DNA of 64,000 bases from Paraspadella gotoi (taxonomy: Eukaryota > Animalia > Chaetognatha): assembly GCA_051294375.1 (NCBI GenBank), contig CM119263.1:10562703-10626702 (forward strand), read 5' to 3'. Shown here in pieces: positions 61,785 through 64,000 of the stretch (its first letter is position 1; each line of letters begins with the position of its first letter). The notes under the pieces are model-generated. The model saw nothing but the letters and a program-made list of their open reading frames with translations, had not been told where the DNA came from and made no database searches. The position numbers and the translations under genes are program-made.

Positions 61785-62800
61785 GAGCAGGGGCGTGTTT
61801 GAGGGGATACCCTTCATAAAGCCGAGGGGCCCTCAGTCCTAGGGGATCCCGGGAAAATCCCATGGGATTAAAAAAATTTATAAGATAAATTTATAGAATA
61901 TAATATAATATAATGTATTATACTTTGGTAAAATATTTTTTCAGTTGCGGGATATCGTAAAATGCAAACTTAATATAACAATACTATCATTTTGAAAATC
62001 ACCTAACCCTTATTCTAGCGAAGTATTTAATTTTATGGGGAAGGCATAAGCTTTCTGGGGGACCTGTGACCAGCAAAGAAAATTATTGGAGGGGCCCATA
62101 GATTCACGACAATCCACTGTTGGAGAAGCAAGAGAGACGCACAAAGAGAGATGAGACAGAGAGAGACAAAATTTTGCATGATTACTTAAAAGATAATATA
62201 AGAGATTTGAGATTACTTTGCTTCATTCTAATTTTGTTATTGTCCACTGTCAAAAATTGCTTTTAAAAAAAATATAAAATTTAAAAAAAAAATAAAAATA
62301 TAAAAAACCAAAAAAATAAAAAAAATTAAAAAAAAACCAAAAAAAGCCTTGGTAGTCCTACAAATGGGCTAAAATAATTTGGGTAGAATAATTAATATGA
62401 ATAGAATATGCAACCATGGACCCTTTGTGAATTAGTCGATTGAAAACTTGTATTTCCAGATTTTTATAATTTCATTCTGTTTTTATCGTGATCAACTTTA
62501 CATAATCTGTTGAATTATGCGCGACATTAATATTGCATATACGTATCTTGTCGCAGTCATCATTTTATGTAAGCCACCTGTGCCTTTCTTTTTTTTTTTT
62601 TCGGGAGGGTTGCAATTATTTTTGTGCAAACTTATTTGCAAATTTATTTTGAATACATTTAAATATTTTATCACCAAATCGTTATTCTTTAACTATCAGA
62701 CTAAATAGCGCGAAAAAAAATGAATTGTTGATGAAAGTTAATTTTTAATAAATAGTGATTTAATTTTAGAGAAAAAATAGATATAGAATGAACAATTTCT

Positions 62801-63225
62801 TCAAAGATTTCGTTTCTTCTTACTACTCATATCCAAAGGTTCTTCGTTCCTATTGTTGATGTCGTGCTTGATGTCTCTTTGGTTTTCTTCCACGTTTGGA
62901 TTCCAAAGAAAATTCGATCCCTCCTAAAAAAAGCGTACTCGTCAGGTCGATGTTCATTTGTTTGTTTGTTTGTTTCATTCCCTCAAAGATTTCGCCAAAC
63001 AACACTAAAACTCAGTAAATCGACAAAGCTCTCTTGTGATAAACTTGGTCTGCCTTCAGCGTAACTTACGAATGGGGACCAACTCGCTTTCCGAAGTCGC
63101 GTGATTGACCTGCCCCTTTGCACAATGGCTACAGTACTTGCCTTTTTTCTCCTGAATTTTTTTGGTGAATTTTTAGGTCTGCCTCTAATCATCTTCATTT
63201 TTTCCAATCTTTCCCGTAATTTTAT
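62801..63225 (-). CDS. Putative small basic nuclear protein, or 3' exons of a larger gene, with a PxDLS-like motif
   Basis: Exon ...MKMIRGRPKNSPKKFRRKK...SWSPF|gtaagt (ends 63070, phase 0) joins ttttag|EGSNFLWNP...EEPLDMSSKKKRNL* (62923-62801). Confidence 0.4.
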
Positions 63226-63875
63226 CCTACTCTAAGCTTTGTTTTTTCGATTTTTAATGACGTAATTCAAATGAACCATGTTCAATTGTTCAAATGAACA
63301 ATGTTCATTAGAGTGGAGCACTGGCGAACATAAATTTTATTTGCGTGAACAAACATGGATATTTAGACGTGAGATAGTATGATTAAGGAGTATAAAAAAT
63401 ATTTTGCTTATATTGTTTGGGGAACAGTATCATTAATTACAATATATTTATAGTAATATCCTTATAAAATTATAAATTTTCAAAATAATTTTTTTTAATT
63501 TTTATTAAAGATTCTGATTCTTCATAAAAATTTAGATCAAAAATATAAAATATGTTATTAAAAATTGTAATGTCTTCAGCATCAAAAATGCAAAAAAAGT
63601 GTTAAATTCTCCGCTCTTTTACGCTTTGTAGTAAAAACAATTATATGATGAAACGTTTTGGTCATTTTTCGCAGTTTTTTGCTTTAACCTAAAAATATCA
63701 TGTAACATGTTTACAACATTTTTCAGTTTTTTTGGCGAATCCAAACTGTTCTTAAAATTAAAAAAATATGATTTAAAAATTTTATGATTTTATTTTATTA
63801 CTATAAAAAAATTCAATTAATGATATTGTTATGCAATTTTTTTTTGAAAAATGGCTTCATTATTTTTATTTACAA

Positions 63876-63936
63876 GGCAAGATAGCTTATTTATTAAATG
63901 AATGGATAATTTTTATTTGGTCGTACTAATTTCATA
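63876..63936 (+). repeat. 5'-truncated copy of the dispersed ~106-bp repeat
   Basis: ggcaagatagcttatttattaaatgaatggataatttttat...aatttcata. Confidence 0.8.
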
Positions 63937-64000
63937 AAATTCAGCCCTTGTATTTTGATGTAGTGCGGAGTATAATAAATATTCCTCGATCTAATACTTA

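Noticed and set aside
61788-62119. MITE-like caggggcg...ccactg element with gggccc motifs (similar patch at 12520-12725)
   Set aside because: TIRs are very short and degenerate and no TSD is visible; not callable.

Overview
AT-rich eukaryotic DNA, most likely from a compact invertebrate animal genome. It has short spliceosomal introns, very many (AG)n microsatellites and two 10-N gaps. Hand-built spliced gene models, left to right: a TMCC/Tex28-family ER protein (-); an unannotated protein with a 2OG-Fe(II) dioxygenase-like HxD...H...R signature (+); a ~2,450-aa reducing type I PKS (KS-AT-DH-cMT-ER-KR-ACP, no TE; +); an SLC5A6/8/12-type Na+/solute symporter (-); an ankyrin-DHHC palmitoyltransferase (-) with an ELOVL6-like elongase nested antisense in an intron; a single-domain MgtE-type Mg2+ transporter (+); a divergent A/B-type cyclin (+); and a small basic ORF with a PLDMS motif (-). 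The main candidates are: (1) a possible animal polyketide/lipid gene cluster (dioxygenase-PKS-transporter, next to an elongase and an acyltransferase); (2) two 166-nt mutually exclusive exons that swap TM3-TM4 of the DHHC enzyme, plus two alternative first exons that drop ankyrin repeats; (3) ribozyme-like RNA motifs, namely minimal hammerheads of a Penelope-type family and a twister-like fold inside a tRNA-derived SINE. All models were read by eye; no searches were run.
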